A DNA stretch of 63,600 bases, the filler included, from Choristocarpus tenellus KU-1152 (Eukaryota; Protista; Phaeophyceae): assembly GCA_964200185.2 (NCBI GenBank). It is 11 parts of 11 records of this genome, joined end to end, with 100 filler letters (N's around TTAATTAATTAA, not from the genome) between each part and the next. Parts side by side here need not be neighbours in the genome. Positions count along the whole stretch, not along the records: positions 1 to 12,533 come from CAXNAD020001806.1; positions 12,634 to 21,695 come from CAXNAD020004033.1; positions 21,796 to 24,452 come from CAXNAD020025901.1; positions 24,553 to 27,955 come from CAXNAD020020275.1; 7 more parts are not named here. The stretch is one strand, 5' to 3'. The notes beneath the pieces are model-generated. The model ran no database searches and was not told the origin of the DNA. It worked only from the letters and a program-made list of their open reading frames with translations. A program made the position numbers and the translations under genes. Position 1 is the stretch's first letter, and each line of letters opens with the position of its first letter. Below are positions 12,090 through 24,944 of this stretch, piece after piece.

Positions 12090-12533
12090 TTCTAATGGAG
12101 TGTCTTATGAGGAGGCCCTATCAAACAGGTGCCCAGTGGCAGGATGTAGGAGGCAAAATGTCGATACCAGAAATGCCCGCACCTGTCCCAGGGCAGTGGG
12201 TCAGGTACGACAGCACACTCCAATGGTAAAATGCCTGCACCAATTATGCAAGGGGATGGGCATCCCTTGCACCACGGAGGATGGTAGCCCTTTCACAGTG
12301 GACAGGAATCTCCGCATGGATCTGGTGTTCCATGCAGGGGCACTTGCGGACGCTGGAACAGCTCCCTACAGGGACAAAGGTCTTCTGCTGGATGTAACCT
12401 TCGCAGAGGTACAGGCAATCTCTCACCTCACCCACTCATCCACCAGTAATGGTGTAGCTGCTGCTACAGCTGAGGCGCGAAAGCGCACCCACGACAAGGG
12501 CTCCTTTTATCCTCGTAGTTATAACCTCAACAC
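12090..12533 (+). mobile_element. Non-LTR retrotransposon fragment (CRE-like): C-terminal zinc-knuckle plus restriction-like endonuclease region, cut by the contig end
   Basis: CPVAGC...ARTCPR..QVRQH..MV...E....RMD.....LLDVT....AAATAEARKRTH resembles the C/H knuckle, (R)H, (P)D..D and K motifs of RLE-type LINEs; recalled similarity. Confidence 0.6.
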
Positions 12534-12633
12534 NNNNNNNNNNNNNNNNNNNNNNNNNNNNNNNNNNNNNNNNNNNNTTAATTAATTAANNNNNNNNNNN
12601 NNNNNNNNNNNNNNNNNNNNNNNNNNNNNNNNN
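12534..12633. other. Artificial contig linker (44N-TTAATTAATTAA-44N)
   Basis: Exactly 100 nt, six-frame stop cassette flanked by Ns; identical at ten places. Confidence 0.98.
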
Positions 12634-14413
12634 CGCTGCCACAGGCACCCCTGCTAGCAAAAGTAACTGGTGGGCAACCGGGTGGGCAGGGCACCTCACC
12701 CCTACAAAGCCAGTGGCAGCTGTCACACACTCTGGGAGCCCAGGTGCTGCCTTGAGGATCAGAGTGAGTGGACCTTGAACAACACGTAGTGGATCCACAA
12801 GTAAAGATGAAGGCAGGCAGGACAAAAACAGCACGGATCGTATATGCAGAGCACCAGGTGCATTCCAGTAAAAGCTTGGGTACAAAAAGAAAATACTACT
12901 GGATACTTTACGTCGGAAGGTGGGTTTTCCAGGGCAGTCAGCAGCACAACACGATATCAAAAGATGTACTTCAAGAAAAATAGTGCGGCAAGTGGGGGTA
13001 CTTTGTATTTTTGAAACGTCCATGCACCCCCAAATTGGCATGCATACAGCAGCACAGTTCAGGTACTGGCCCTGTTCAAAGCACATCAAAGGCGAGTGGT
13101 TAGGTTACTCTTGCCGACAGTGTATGGAACAATTTACAGCACAAATGAGACAAATACGTACATGCGTAACTTAAAGTTCGTATTGTTACAGTAGTCTTCT
13201 CAAACGAAATAAATGGAATTTTCCTGAATCTTACGGGGCAAAACTCTCAAAACTTTTACCCGAACACGAACACGCTCTCCCACCTGGCCACAACTTCGAC
13301 CCCAAGTGAGCGAAGAGAAGACGGGCCTCTTCTCCTCCGCCTTCCTCACCCTCAAAATCTAGCACTGACATAGCACTGGCCGCGTCAGGAACGTGCACAA
13401 TTAACGGGTCTGTGAGCGGTCGTCGCTTGGCCTGGTCCAGGTTTGATTATGTGGTAGGGCAGTGGCGAGGAGCGGAAAGGTCTGCACAGGACTATCATAA
13501 TGAACAAGTGAAGAAATTTCTTAGATTAAGTTCACTCAATCCATAGATTGCATAACACCAAAACTTCGGTTGAGTGCATTCTATGCGAAGGAGATGCAGC
13601 CAACTTGTAGACCTCTTCAGTATGCAACTTCTGCATATCAATCAAATGGTGCAAAGCAGCAAGTGCTGCTCATACCTAGAAACCCAACAAGCGCTTGATT
13701 GCCTACCTTGAATATATTAAGCACAGCTTCCTCTGAAAGGGCGTTAGCACCCAGGCCATACACGGTTTCTGGTAGCCAGGAGAGGGGGGTATTGGCAGTG
13801 GAGAGAAAGTCACGAAGTGTTACAGCCTCACACAGTTCGTTAGCCAAGCAACGACGTGGACAAAGAAAAAAATTCACCGAGTATTTGTGAAAGAAATGGA
13901 ACGGTGTCGTGCACCAATCCCAGAAGACGGCTAGGAGGGAGACCGTTCACCATTTGGGGCAGGGGGATCCTCACCAGTGGGAAAGGCGACCATATTGCCT
14001 CGTCGGAGGCTTGAGCCAGCCTCCGACAGCCAGGGCTCCTCAGCTGGTACAATGCGGGCGGCTCGCGACTCAGCAGTATGCCTGGGTGAACCAACCTGCA
14101 CTCGCAGTCCTGTGTTGCTGGTTGCACAATTTGTAGAGTCTTTTTGAAAAGTAACTGAAAGACCCTCGTCGCAGTATGGACTCGGCTGAGTACTTAGCGA
14201 TCGTCGATTTCTTCTTCCACTCCCTCTGCCCTCCTCCCCTCTTCCCTCAATTACATGTGGAGTCAGCACGACCTTGCCAAATGAAGAATCCGCCAGACTC
14301 CGACGTGTGGTTGAAGAGATTGTCCTTAACGGAGTCCACGCCCCCACCCAAGACGCTGCAAGGGCAACTGCAGCCGTTGTAACACGACCACCCCACACAA
14401 TCCTTCCATTCAT
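12634..14413 (-). CDS. SUA5: Threonylcarbamoyl-AMP synthase (Sua5/YrdC/TsaC), 3'-partial; exons 13975..14413, 13707..13768, 13284..13431, <12634..12773 (alternative ATG 14563)
   Basis: Phase-consistent GT-AG splicing gives VAFPTETVYGLGANA..AKRRPLTDPLIVHV..LWPGPLTLIL..VGVRCPAHPVA..VPVAA, the Sua5/YrdC signature. Confidence 0.95.
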
Positions 14414-14732
14414 TCGGAGGCACAGCGAACCACCCAGAGAGAACGAGTCAACCAGGATGCACCGACACCCTCTTATCATTTTGGATAAACCTTCATTGCT
14501 TGGACAAATCAAGTCCAACATAGCCAAGTCCGCGCGGGATGTTGAGGTACCGCGCGCCGACACAATGTCTACGTTGTAGTGACTGTTGTGGTGACATCAT
14601 AGACTGAGAAAGGGAAGGAGAGATGCAACCTGCCCTGTTCTCCCTCTTGAGGTGATTAAATCCACCTTATCGGTCCTATCTTATTGTAATCGTGCTCTAC
14701 AGATTACCTCGTCGACTATACGATCAATAAAC

Positions 14733-17049
14733 ATGCCAACAACGCGGCAACAAGAGCAAGGTCGTATTTTGCATACTGGATGTGTAACACTTGTCGCAAC
14801 TATCCTCTTCTCCTTGATTGTGGGAAGCAACACCTTCAAACCAGAATGTTGTGCCTGTGGACGCACAAAATTCCTGGTATCCCACCGGAGGAGGATTCTC
14901 ATGCATTTGAATAATGCTGAGGATGACAATTCCAACGACACCTCCTTTGAAGAGGTGAAGAACAAGAGTAGGCGGAGTCGTCAAGCAGATTCTGGGTGGT
15001 GGAGTCCACAGGTGAAGGTTACAAATAGGTTAGAGTCGGGTCAAGGTCATAAGAGAGATAGACAGGCCAAAGAAGAGTCTGCTGATGAAACGAACAAAGA
15101 AACAGTGTGGAAAAATTCAGGTTTCGGTGAAGATCGCGCCACAATTGCCACCAAACTACTGGAATCAAGGGGCGCAAATGATATGGAAAGTGCACAACAA
15201 GCGTACGAAATGTTCGTCGAGGAACTAACATCTAGGTCCTCTTCCATGGATGATTCAGTCCTCCAGCAGAGTGCGGCGGAAGCTCTGCTATCATGGTTGC
15301 GAACATCCACAGTCGGTAATGGACTGGGGATTACCCAAGGTGGGGACGTTGAGACCTCCGACACCAATCAGCGGCGCGAGGAATGGCGGAAGAACGCCCC
15401 CAAGATAATCTCGTTGATAAAGGACACTGGACTGGATACCACCCAAGACGCGCAAGTAAGTGTTTCTTTGCTGTACATATGGTGATGGAGGTTCTCCTCC
15501 CCCAGGCACAAACTCATGTTTTGTTGATGGCATCTGTTAAAAGTGAATGTCAGAGGATGTCGTCACGGATTTATCTTTAGGTAGGTGATGGATTTTTATA
15601 AGCCCATTTGCAGGAGCTGGGTCCGTTGCGATGCAACTTCAGCACCTAACACCCCTGATCATCTTTTGCGTATCAGCTGCAACGGATTTTCGCGGAGGCA
15701 GTGATGTACCAGTCATCATCTAAGGGGGTGCTCAAGGCTGCGTTGACAGGTGAAAGAAAATGCCTGTTGCTGCATCTCTACCCCAAGCGGATCTCACCTT
15801 CGCTTTGAGAATTGGATTGGCACCTGGTGATGCAATAGCCTCGGTACTAACTAGGTATATCCACGTTAATTTATCGTCCAAGCTATCAGCGACATAGAAT
15901 GCCATCCCCTCTTTTGTGACCAATCGAGCAACAGGAAAGTGCAGCTGTGGAAGTGGATGTGGTACTCATGCTGTCAAGCAGGGTTTACTGGAGTGGTAAC
16001 TGATCCCTCAATGATTAAGAGTCATGCATAGAAGAACATTGGCCTCGGGTATGGTTGGTTGGCACTTACATTGCAATAGTTTTGGATAGCACGTCTCTGT
16101 ATTTCGTATTCTTGAGTGCTCAGGTGAATCTGGCTAATCAAGGATTACATTATTTGAGAAATTTTATGTTGTGATCAAGTAATCTTCAGCATCCAAGAGG
16201 GAGGAACATTAGGTACCTGATGGAGGACTCATCCCCAATGATACAAACAGAAATGAGTCTGGTAAATTTGTTCAGTCTGCTGCTCTCCATGTGAATATGA
16301 CACCTCTCTGACTGCTTGCCACATTACTGCATTAACAAACCCGTGGAAGGTGATGCAATTACCTTCAAATCAGCTGTCAATGTGTTGGTTGACAAGTATC
16401 CTGAACACGACAATGGGGTTGGATTCATTTTCCTTGGGGCATTCTACCTTGCTGCTCCATGGCCCATACAAAACCCCCCAAAAGCCAAGATCCTCTTCGA
16501 TAAGGCTGTGGAGGTGGGAATAGATTGAATAGGTATTGAACCATTTCAAATTATTGTTGCCTGTACACATTGGATGAATAGGTAGTTCCCATACCTTTGA
16601 ACTGAATGTCCGTCCTGTGTATAGTGGGAAGTGTTACCAAGTACTAATTGGGTCCACTCTATGCACTGCATGGTTTCTGTTACGCTTGTTGCCTTGCAAA
16701 GACTTGCTCTGTTACTCAGAACAGAAGTTTCACAATGATATAAAGTTGCACCACAGAAATGTTCACAAGGTATACAGTGCTGTGATAAATGGAGATATCT
16801 CAATAATGCTGAAAATTTTGTGCCCATCAGGTAAATGGGCGAAGTCGTCGTAACATTTATTACGCTGGTCTTGCACGGCTGTCATTAGGGCAATGGAAGG
16901 AAGCTGCAGCTGCTTTTCGCAGGGCCTTGTCTGATGATGAGGAAGATGGAAGTTGTTGTGCATCACCTGGAGAGAGGGACATCTCCTCATTCCTAACTCT
17001 GCAAGCAGGAAGAGGACTCGAGGTAGCCTTGAAGAGGTCAGAAGCATAG
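14733..17049 (+). CDS. TPR-like helical-repeat protein (~392 aa) with a signal-peptide-like N-terminus; join(14733..15455,15677..15749,16350..16513,16831..17049)
   Basis: Four phase-compatible exons ending in TAG. C-terminus LGAFYLAAPWP...KAKILFDKAVEVN..NIYYAGLARLSLGQWKEAAAAFRRAL is TPR-like. Confidence 0.8.
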
Positions 17050-18804
17050 GTACAAAATGCCACAAGGTGGTGCTTGTGATGAAGCAAACGGATGGACTTT
17101 GCTTACAACACTGCATTAAAATAACACACAGTGTGCGGAGTTAGGTATTTACCATGAACAGTCACATCCACACCAGAGTTCTATCAGCAGTACCTATGTT
17201 GAGAGATGTATACCTTGTTATCTAGTCTACGTGATGAGAGACAAGTTGGTGAATAATGCTAGCAATATTTTACTAGCTGGAGTGGTAGAAATGAGGTAAT
17301 GTTGACTTACATTGGAAGTGTAGACCAATCACTCTCACTGCAGATGAAAACGACTGTCATGTATCCCCTTATCTACAGGTAGGTTAGATATTAATGATAG
17401 GACATTCCACCCTTCCAGTATTTAGATGATAAGATTATTGACCATACCTCTCTAGTGGAGAAACACTCTACTAATAATACAGTAGTTACACAAGAACATC
17501 TTGTGACCTACAAGTGCAGTGAGGACAGTAGAATGAGGCCCACAATAAAGATGTAACCAAGCTAGACAACACCACCTCCCCAGAGAGGTGGATATAGAGG
17601 GAATCAATTGTCCAAAAAAGGTAGCAGTGTTTTACTGAAAAGATCCAGCCCCAGTTATCAACAGGAGGAGAAAAATGCTCTTGGTCACATCCCTGTGCAT
17701 AAAATACTGAGATCGGACCATTGAGTGAGAGAATGTTGTGTCAGGAGAATCCAGTTCCACACGTCTGACCCAGGTTTATGATTAAAGGGTCCCTATTCCA
17801 TTTGCAATGGTCAACAGTCAAGCAGTCATATCTCTCTTTCACCTCATTTGGAGAAGTCAACATTCACACCGACTCTCCAACTCTTTTATGGTAGCCTTTG
17901 ACTTCATGCACCACTGACCTCCTTTCTTATGGTACTGAGAGACCACTTTCTATTCCACCTGAAGGGCTATTTTCCACCCCATTGATTTTCCACAAATAGA
18001 CAACTGCCAGTAGTGCCATTCCTAGGACACAGGCAGCAGAAGGAAGGGTGAGGACTTGAGTTGCAATCAGCATTACTATTCCTGATGGAGGGATCACACA
18101 CATTGGGAAAAAGCTATGTAGACATTTCACCCTTTTCACCTTTGCAACAGCACAATCAACGAAGAGAGACGAAACTCCTAGAAAACAGATGTATCTACTA
18201 CATGGTGTAAATGTGTGCAAATATACTCTACCTTAAGAATGGAGTGATGTAGTTGAGATATATTCTACACTGGTCAAACCGTATGATACACTTAACATCA
18301 ACAACAGTGCGATATGAACACAAAATACATAGAGAACGACAAAGTAGTGTTCCTTCACAGATCACACTGGAAGTAAACCCAAGCCCACAAGAAAAAAAAT
18401 CCCCACTCTGCCATTGACAACACACACCACTACAGGTAATGACAATCGGTACCACATTGACAATAAAGGACACAAAAACCTCTGCGCATATTCCATACAC
18501 ACGAAAAGTCAATATCAGGACTCTACATCGGGTCAGGCAAATAACTGCGCCACACACCAGTCCTGGGCCACGGGCAGCATCAAATCGAACCCCAGGACCA
18601 GACCTTAACAAGCATGAGCAAATGGGTTGTGGTCTGGACTGGACTTTCCATAAACCTCAGCAGCCCAGGACCAGACTGGACCTTTGAGTAGCATATTGCA
18701 CTGTGCGTCTTTCAAAATTCTGAGAGGCCTGACCATAGACCAGACTTTTTAGACGTACGTTTCACCACTATGGTCTAGTCAGACATACCACGCATGATTC
18801 TTAC

Positions 18805-21136
18805 CTGATTCAGCCTTGAATACAAATTGATTTGGCTCAAAAGGAACTACGACACTCAACTAGATACTCACCCTCCTATTTTCTGTGTTAGGGTTATAGA
18901 CGTATCCTTGAGGGTCCCTCCATCTTGACATATATAACAAAATTACATTGTATAAAACATTGCCATAAAAGCGGATTGACACGCAATCTTTCTTCCTCAA
19001 AAGCTAAAATGTCGGAGGGCAAATATTGATTCCTCCTGTGAGTTACATTGAGCTACTTGACTCAAGATAAGGCTCTTGTGTACATTTGAAACTGTAACAG
19101 TAACTTGAGGTGCACATTGTCTTGCCAACTTCAGATTTTACCCCTATTACCACCGTGTTCAACTCCACCCAGGGAGTAGAATGTTCAGATGGAAAAAAAA
19201 GCACTTTTCATCTCGAGTCAAACTATATCCAGGTGCCTAAGGGGGGCATGTATGGACCAGCAATACAAATTGGACTGACTCAGGTTAGTCCAGTATTTAA
19301 ACAGTCCAATGTCAGGAATGACCTTCTGCAAACACTGTCAACAGACCACAATCCAAACTGGACCTGTTTCAGACTGTAGCGACTGGGGACCACACCTTGC
19401 ACAGGCATCGGGAACTGGGCAACGGCCCAGACCGGATCTTTAGTATACCTACTTGACTCGGATCGAACCTTTCACAAACAGTAGCAATCGCACTGTACTT
19501 CAAAATACGCATTTGACGACTGCCCGGCACAACACCGCCCTCGATTATATTGGAACACTGATATCCAAAAAGTGTAAACACATAGCCAGTAAGTAAATCC
19601 TAGAGTTTAGGGTTACTACATACGTGAGTTTACTTCCATAACTACATTTGTACTCATTAGATCGAGTTCTCCTTCTCCTTCCGCCTACGCCTGTCTAGAC
19701 ATTGTATAGCTTGTGTAATAAGTCAGAGACTGGAAACACAATAATTAGAGCACTCATATTCTCTTGCACGCAACCTACCAGTGCTTGTAACTCAAAAAAG
19801 AGGATCCTACGATGTTGGCAGATGTTTGCACATATCCTAGGTGAGAATTCCAGGCGCATGGATCTCCCTACGCCTTGGTCGACTGAGGATATGTGCAACA
19901 TATATGAGCTATTACTCTTCACAAAAACGATTTCAAGTGGTGATTACATCAAATTGGGAGCAAGTTGTTAGTGCAAATTATCCCACCTGCAACTACCGCA
20001 GCATACTTTCCCATCCTTCGCCATCGCCCTCCTCCATTCCCCATTTTTCCTGCCATTGCCTCCAGCTGCTGTCGCTAAAAAATAACACACATCGCAACCA
20101 CACCAAGGAATGGAGACATAGGTAGCAACCAAGCTCACATATGTCACGCCTTCATACCATATTTTCTCATAGCAAACAGTGCATTCAGAACAACATACCA
20201 TAAAACGAGGTGGGCATACTCAAAAGTATTGGCTGAGGAAAACGGTGGCATTACCACTACTCCATAATTCAATCTAGGGGAGTTTCCAGGGTTGTCGGTG
20301 GGTAAACATTTTGAGGTGCCCCAGTCTGTAGCCCCTTTCGACGTTACTGTAAGAGGTAACTCCCTCCCCCATATCCTTGACCGTACACCTCTCACCATGC
20401 ACATCTACTTCGAGGTACATCTCACATACCTCTTCATCACTCAGCAGATCACTGGCGGACACCAGCGGGATACCTTCCTGATAACTCTCCCGCCCAGTTC
20501 CTGAAGCCTCAACAGCACATTTGTCCTCCATACTCCGACTTCCCTCGTCCCTTCTCCTCTTGTTTCCAACCAACAAAGTTTTTGATTCGAACGCTGATCT
20601 ATACTCCCCAACCGACTTTTCGATATGAGCAACGGACTTGGCAATCAATTCTCCTGGTCGAACCTTCCCGTCACTAGGAAAGATGGACAGGATTCGATTT
20701 TTCAGTTTGTCTCCCGCAGTTGACATCTCAATACCGTCGTTTCCTAATGGAAAATCTTTCTTTTCTAACCATCCAGTTTCATATCGATCAGGAGAGGAGG
20801 AAACTACGGTGGGGGCAAGGTTAGCGATTGGGTTGGAAGAGCCTCTTACTGAAGCAAGAATAGGATCAAATTCGTCCTCGAAGTTGTCATCCTCTGATGA
20901 AGATATACCTAAGTCACGCCCTGGACGGCTACATGATTCGAGATCAGGCGAATCACTCTCACGAAATTCTCCTCGTAGAGCAGTTGTGGGGGCCAGTCTT
21001 GACTCCGGCACCACTCCAAGAGTATCAGGCAAGTTGACACTACCTTTTACTCGCGGTACTGACCCTTCACGATCTCGAATTGAGTTCTCTTGCTCGTCCC
21101 GGAGTCTTCCATAATTGCGATGACGGAGGGCGGATT
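18805..21136 (-). CDS. Probable multi-exon gene of unknown function (large acidic/Ser-rich exon ~20274-21136 plus small exons near 19780, 19400-19560 and 18805-18860)
   Basis: 252-aa ORF plus AG/GT-bounded open segments; model not resolved. Confidence 0.4.
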
Positions 21137-21695
21137 CTGGCGTTAGAAATTGACGATGATACGGTGAAGCTTAGTTGGAAGAAGCGTCATCTTTGAATTC
21201 AGCTACCTGTCCATACTGAAGTCATCCAGGCTGGGTAGTTGAAGCTCCTCAGTCAAGGCCTTGACGTCCCCCAGCTTATCTGAGAGTATTTGGAACATTA
21301 CGCTACAATAAACTCTGACAAGCACCGAGCAAGATTAGAAGCAGGCTGACCTGACAACACCAACACCAGAACTGTGCAAGGTGTATATATAGAGCAATTG
21401 ATAATCATAGAGTCAACAAAGTGTAATGATTTCAGTGATTTGTGAAAAAAAAAAAACGCTATTCATCCGAATTCTGGATTGCTTGCTTTGTTCTTGAGGT
21501 TGTTTCATTGTTTCTAGTTTCCACATTCAGAATGGTTTACCTGCATGATATGGGTAGGTTAGAACTACTAAACTACAGATCAGAAGAAAGTGAAATGCGG
21601 AATCCATTTTGGCATTCGCTTTATCTATCGTTCTATTCATAGTTAGACCCAAAGTATCTCGGAGGGGGGGGGGGGTCTATACCAGGGTGTCCATT

Positions 21696-21795
21696 NNNNN
21701 NNNNNNNNNNNNNNNNNNNNNNNNNNNNNNNNNNNNNNNTTAATTAATTAANNNNNNNNNNNNNNNNNNNNNNNNNNNNNNNNNNNNNNNNNNNN
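21696..21795. other. Artificial contig linker
   Basis: Same 100-nt cassette. Confidence 0.98.
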
Positions 21796-21857
21796 CCCTC
21801 CCCCCCCCCCCCCCATTTCTATTTTCTGAAACTGTTGTTGCCTGATCGGTGTTTCAG

Positions 21858-23833
21858 GAAGACTTGAGTTTGTCTGAAGAGGAGGCCCAGGATGCCCTCC
21901 TTAGCTACTTGACAGCGAAAGCCTCAGCCACTGCGGCGGAGCTGAAGGAGGCAGTAAAGAATAATAAGAATGATAAGAAAATGACAAGGTCCACCACCAA
22001 ACTTCTAACGTGAGTGAGAGGAGAATCTGTCTATGCATGCATCTCAATATTTACGAAAACCATGCGTATGTAAGTGCGGGTCCTAGTGTCGATGCATTCT
22101 CACATGCATCCCAATATTTGTGAAATCCTTTCACTATAGGAGAAGTTGCGTTATCAGTGATGCCTGCTGCCTGTTCTATGTTGGGGAGGGAAGGGGGGGG
22201 GGGGGGGGGGGGGGGGTGAAGATGTGATTGCCATATATTGCATCACAGAGCAGGTAGGTCACTCTGTGACGTTTTTTTGTTTATTTTGATGGATAGACCT
22301 AACACTTGTTCGATTGCAAATGTGGGTTTGTTACACATGACAGCGTGTATTCATGTACACCCCCACGCATGCCCGCCTACCCAATATTTTACTAAAACCG
22401 TACGTGGAAGAGTAGACCTTAAAGGTAAAGATATGTATTACTCGAATTAGTTATGGAAGGAATAGCATGAGGTAATGCTAGTACTACTGCTGCCATCAAA
22501 TGATGGTGTACAGAGATGAGAATACTCAATCCTAGGGGGGTGTCAACAGGGTTTGTACCCAATAACAGACGAGGGATTTTCCCAATGTGTTGAGGATAGC
22601 GACTGTGAAGTAATCATGGATTAAGGGTTGTATTGCTGGAGGTGTGAGTAACACTTATTCACATAATAACCCTAATCCCTAACCCTAAATGAATTGACAG
22701 TTATTCTTTTTTTATGGGCTCTTCCCTAACCCCAAATGAGTTCTGCATTGCACTACATTACCCTCGACAGGTACATACCGTAGTGAGAATAGTATAATAC
22801 AATATAACAATGCCCTTTGATTTATTTTTTGTGATTATTTAGTTTTGTTTCCTTCCCTTCCCTTCCCTTCCCTTCCCCCCCCCTGATGTGTTTGCAATGT
22901 TTGTACACCCCCACTACAACTAACTGAAAATATAGGGTATTGCGGCTCTCTGGGGGTATGGAGGTTGATGAAAAATTCAGCGAGTTTGAACGAACTGTGA
23001 TTGTAAACCTGTTCAACTCTACATACTTGGATTCCATCGAAGCTGGGTCAGAGGGGGAGGCAGAAGCCAGGGCAAATGCCGAGGGAGATCTTGGTGAGGA
23101 CCGCCCCCACACCCTTGTACTGGCCCTCCTCTCTGACACTCTTACTTGCATCCTGGAACTCACCACCACGTGTACTCCTTCCTGGGGGGGTTGTTGTGTC
23201 TTTTGTGATGGATGTTTGCCGTTGGTTGTTGTGTCTTTTGTGATGGATGTTTGCCGTTGTGGTGTGGAGTGTAATATTTTTCTCTTTTTTTTAGTCTTGC
23301 TATTAGTACGTGTGAATGTTTGACACAAATGTTGAGAGGCTGTGGTAGTATGTATGTATATATATATATAGTGGGGGGGTTGTTTTGGTATTTTATTTAT
23401 TTATTTCAGTCGATGAGATGTAAATTATCTTGTCGTAGTGTTTTTGTGATAAACCGTCACAGTGTTGTATTGAATGTGCACCACGTGCAATCTGTTGGGG
23501 GGGGGGTTATGTTGGCTCTCTGTTAGTTTTGGTGGTGGTGGTGTGTTTGTCTGTGTATAATAAGAGTGTCTACTCTGTGACTGTCTAGTTTTACGTCATG
23601 TGTACCAAAAATATATATACTTTTCTTCATTTTTTTCTGTTCTGGGGGGTAGATGGTAACATTGTTTACTATTTCTGTCTTGACCTTTGCTGTATAGTAC
23701 TATGCAAATAATATATATATATTTATATTTATATTTATATTGGTGTCTGAAGTCTCCCCCCAACCTCCAACACCCCTAAACACTTCCAGAGCTATTGAAG
23801 GTGGCGATTGGGGCTATCGAGTCGGTGGCATGA
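21858..23833 (+). CDS. 3' end of a helical protein, possibly Tic110-like; join(<21858..22009,22936..23093,23790..23833)
   Basis: Three phase-compatible exons: EDLSLSEEEAQDALLSYL...FERTVIVNLFNSTYL...DLELLKVAIGAIESVA*. Confidence 0.7.
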
Positions 23834-24452
23834 GACAAGCCTAGACTTCTACTTGAGGCAAATATAAGGAGACTAGATTATAGCTAACCCTAACCCTAAC
23901 CCTCTCTGAACGTTAGTGGGGTTCCGACAGTGGGGATGGTGGGGTGGGGGAGGATGCAGTTCATAGCAGGACTTTTAGTGACAGCGGGGATAGGGGGGAC
24001 TAGTACTCGTGTACTAGTGTACTAGTGGGGACTGTCCGCTTCCTTGTGGTACATGGTAACTGGTGCTTGCTGGCTCATAGGATGTGGGACTGGGGCTAAG
24101 GTGTAAAAGTGGGATTGTGACAGAGTCTCTGTTCGCATGGTGCCCACTCCGAGGAGCTTGCCTTGCCATGTTTTTGTAGGTGCAGAGCTTGTTAGATTCA
24201 GACATGAGGCTGCTTTATGCAGGGGGGGGGGGGAAGCAATTTAGGTTGCATTGTTGTACACTATTGTTGGCATGTCCCTCGGCTGTGTTCCTGAATTGCT
24301 TTTTAGTGAATTGTGTTTTGATGCTTCTGTGGTGATCGGGGATGCCTACATACATTTTGCTGTCGTTAACCCACAAGATGGTGTGTAAACTCTGTTGGAG
24401 ACCAAGAGTTGTGTTGGAGCAAGGCAAGAAGTGCTTTGATAGGATGGGGGGG

Positions 24453-24552
24453 NNNNNNNNNNNNNNNNNNNNNNNNNNNNNNNNNNNNNNNNNNNNTTAA
24501 TTAATTAANNNNNNNNNNNNNNNNNNNNNNNNNNNNNNNNNNNNNNNNNNNN
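24453..24552. other. Artificial contig linker
   Basis: Same 100-nt cassette. Confidence 0.98.
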
Positions 24553-24726
24553 GATGGGTTGCACCTTATACCACATAGTGCGGTGCACTCCAGTATTGTT
24601 GCAGTCATGTACTGAGCGTGATACGAAATATTAAACTTCTGTGTGTGCTGGAAAGGAGCTGTAAGACGATAGCATAGTTGAAAGGATGGACTGACCTGAA
24701 GGGATACTTGCATTCTCTCGTTCCAG

Positions 24727-24944
24727 GTGGTACACCCATCATGTTTCTTCCTCCCAACATCGCCACCCTACTCCCAAACCTGACCAGTGTAACTGATATT
24801 GTGCCCCTAAACTTCACATGGACACTGATCTGGGACACCTTGGGGCAGAGGGAGAGGGGCATTCAAGAGTGGGGCGTTCGTGAAGAGCTCCTTAGGGCAT
24901 TGAAGGGGGCAGCTCTGCTGATGGTAGAAACTGTGGTGAGATAA
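24727..24944 (+). CDS. Probable terminal exon of an unknown gene
   Basis: Pyrimidine-rich acceptor TTCTCTCGTTCCAG, then open frame GTPIMFLPPNIA...ETVVR*. Confidence 0.4.
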
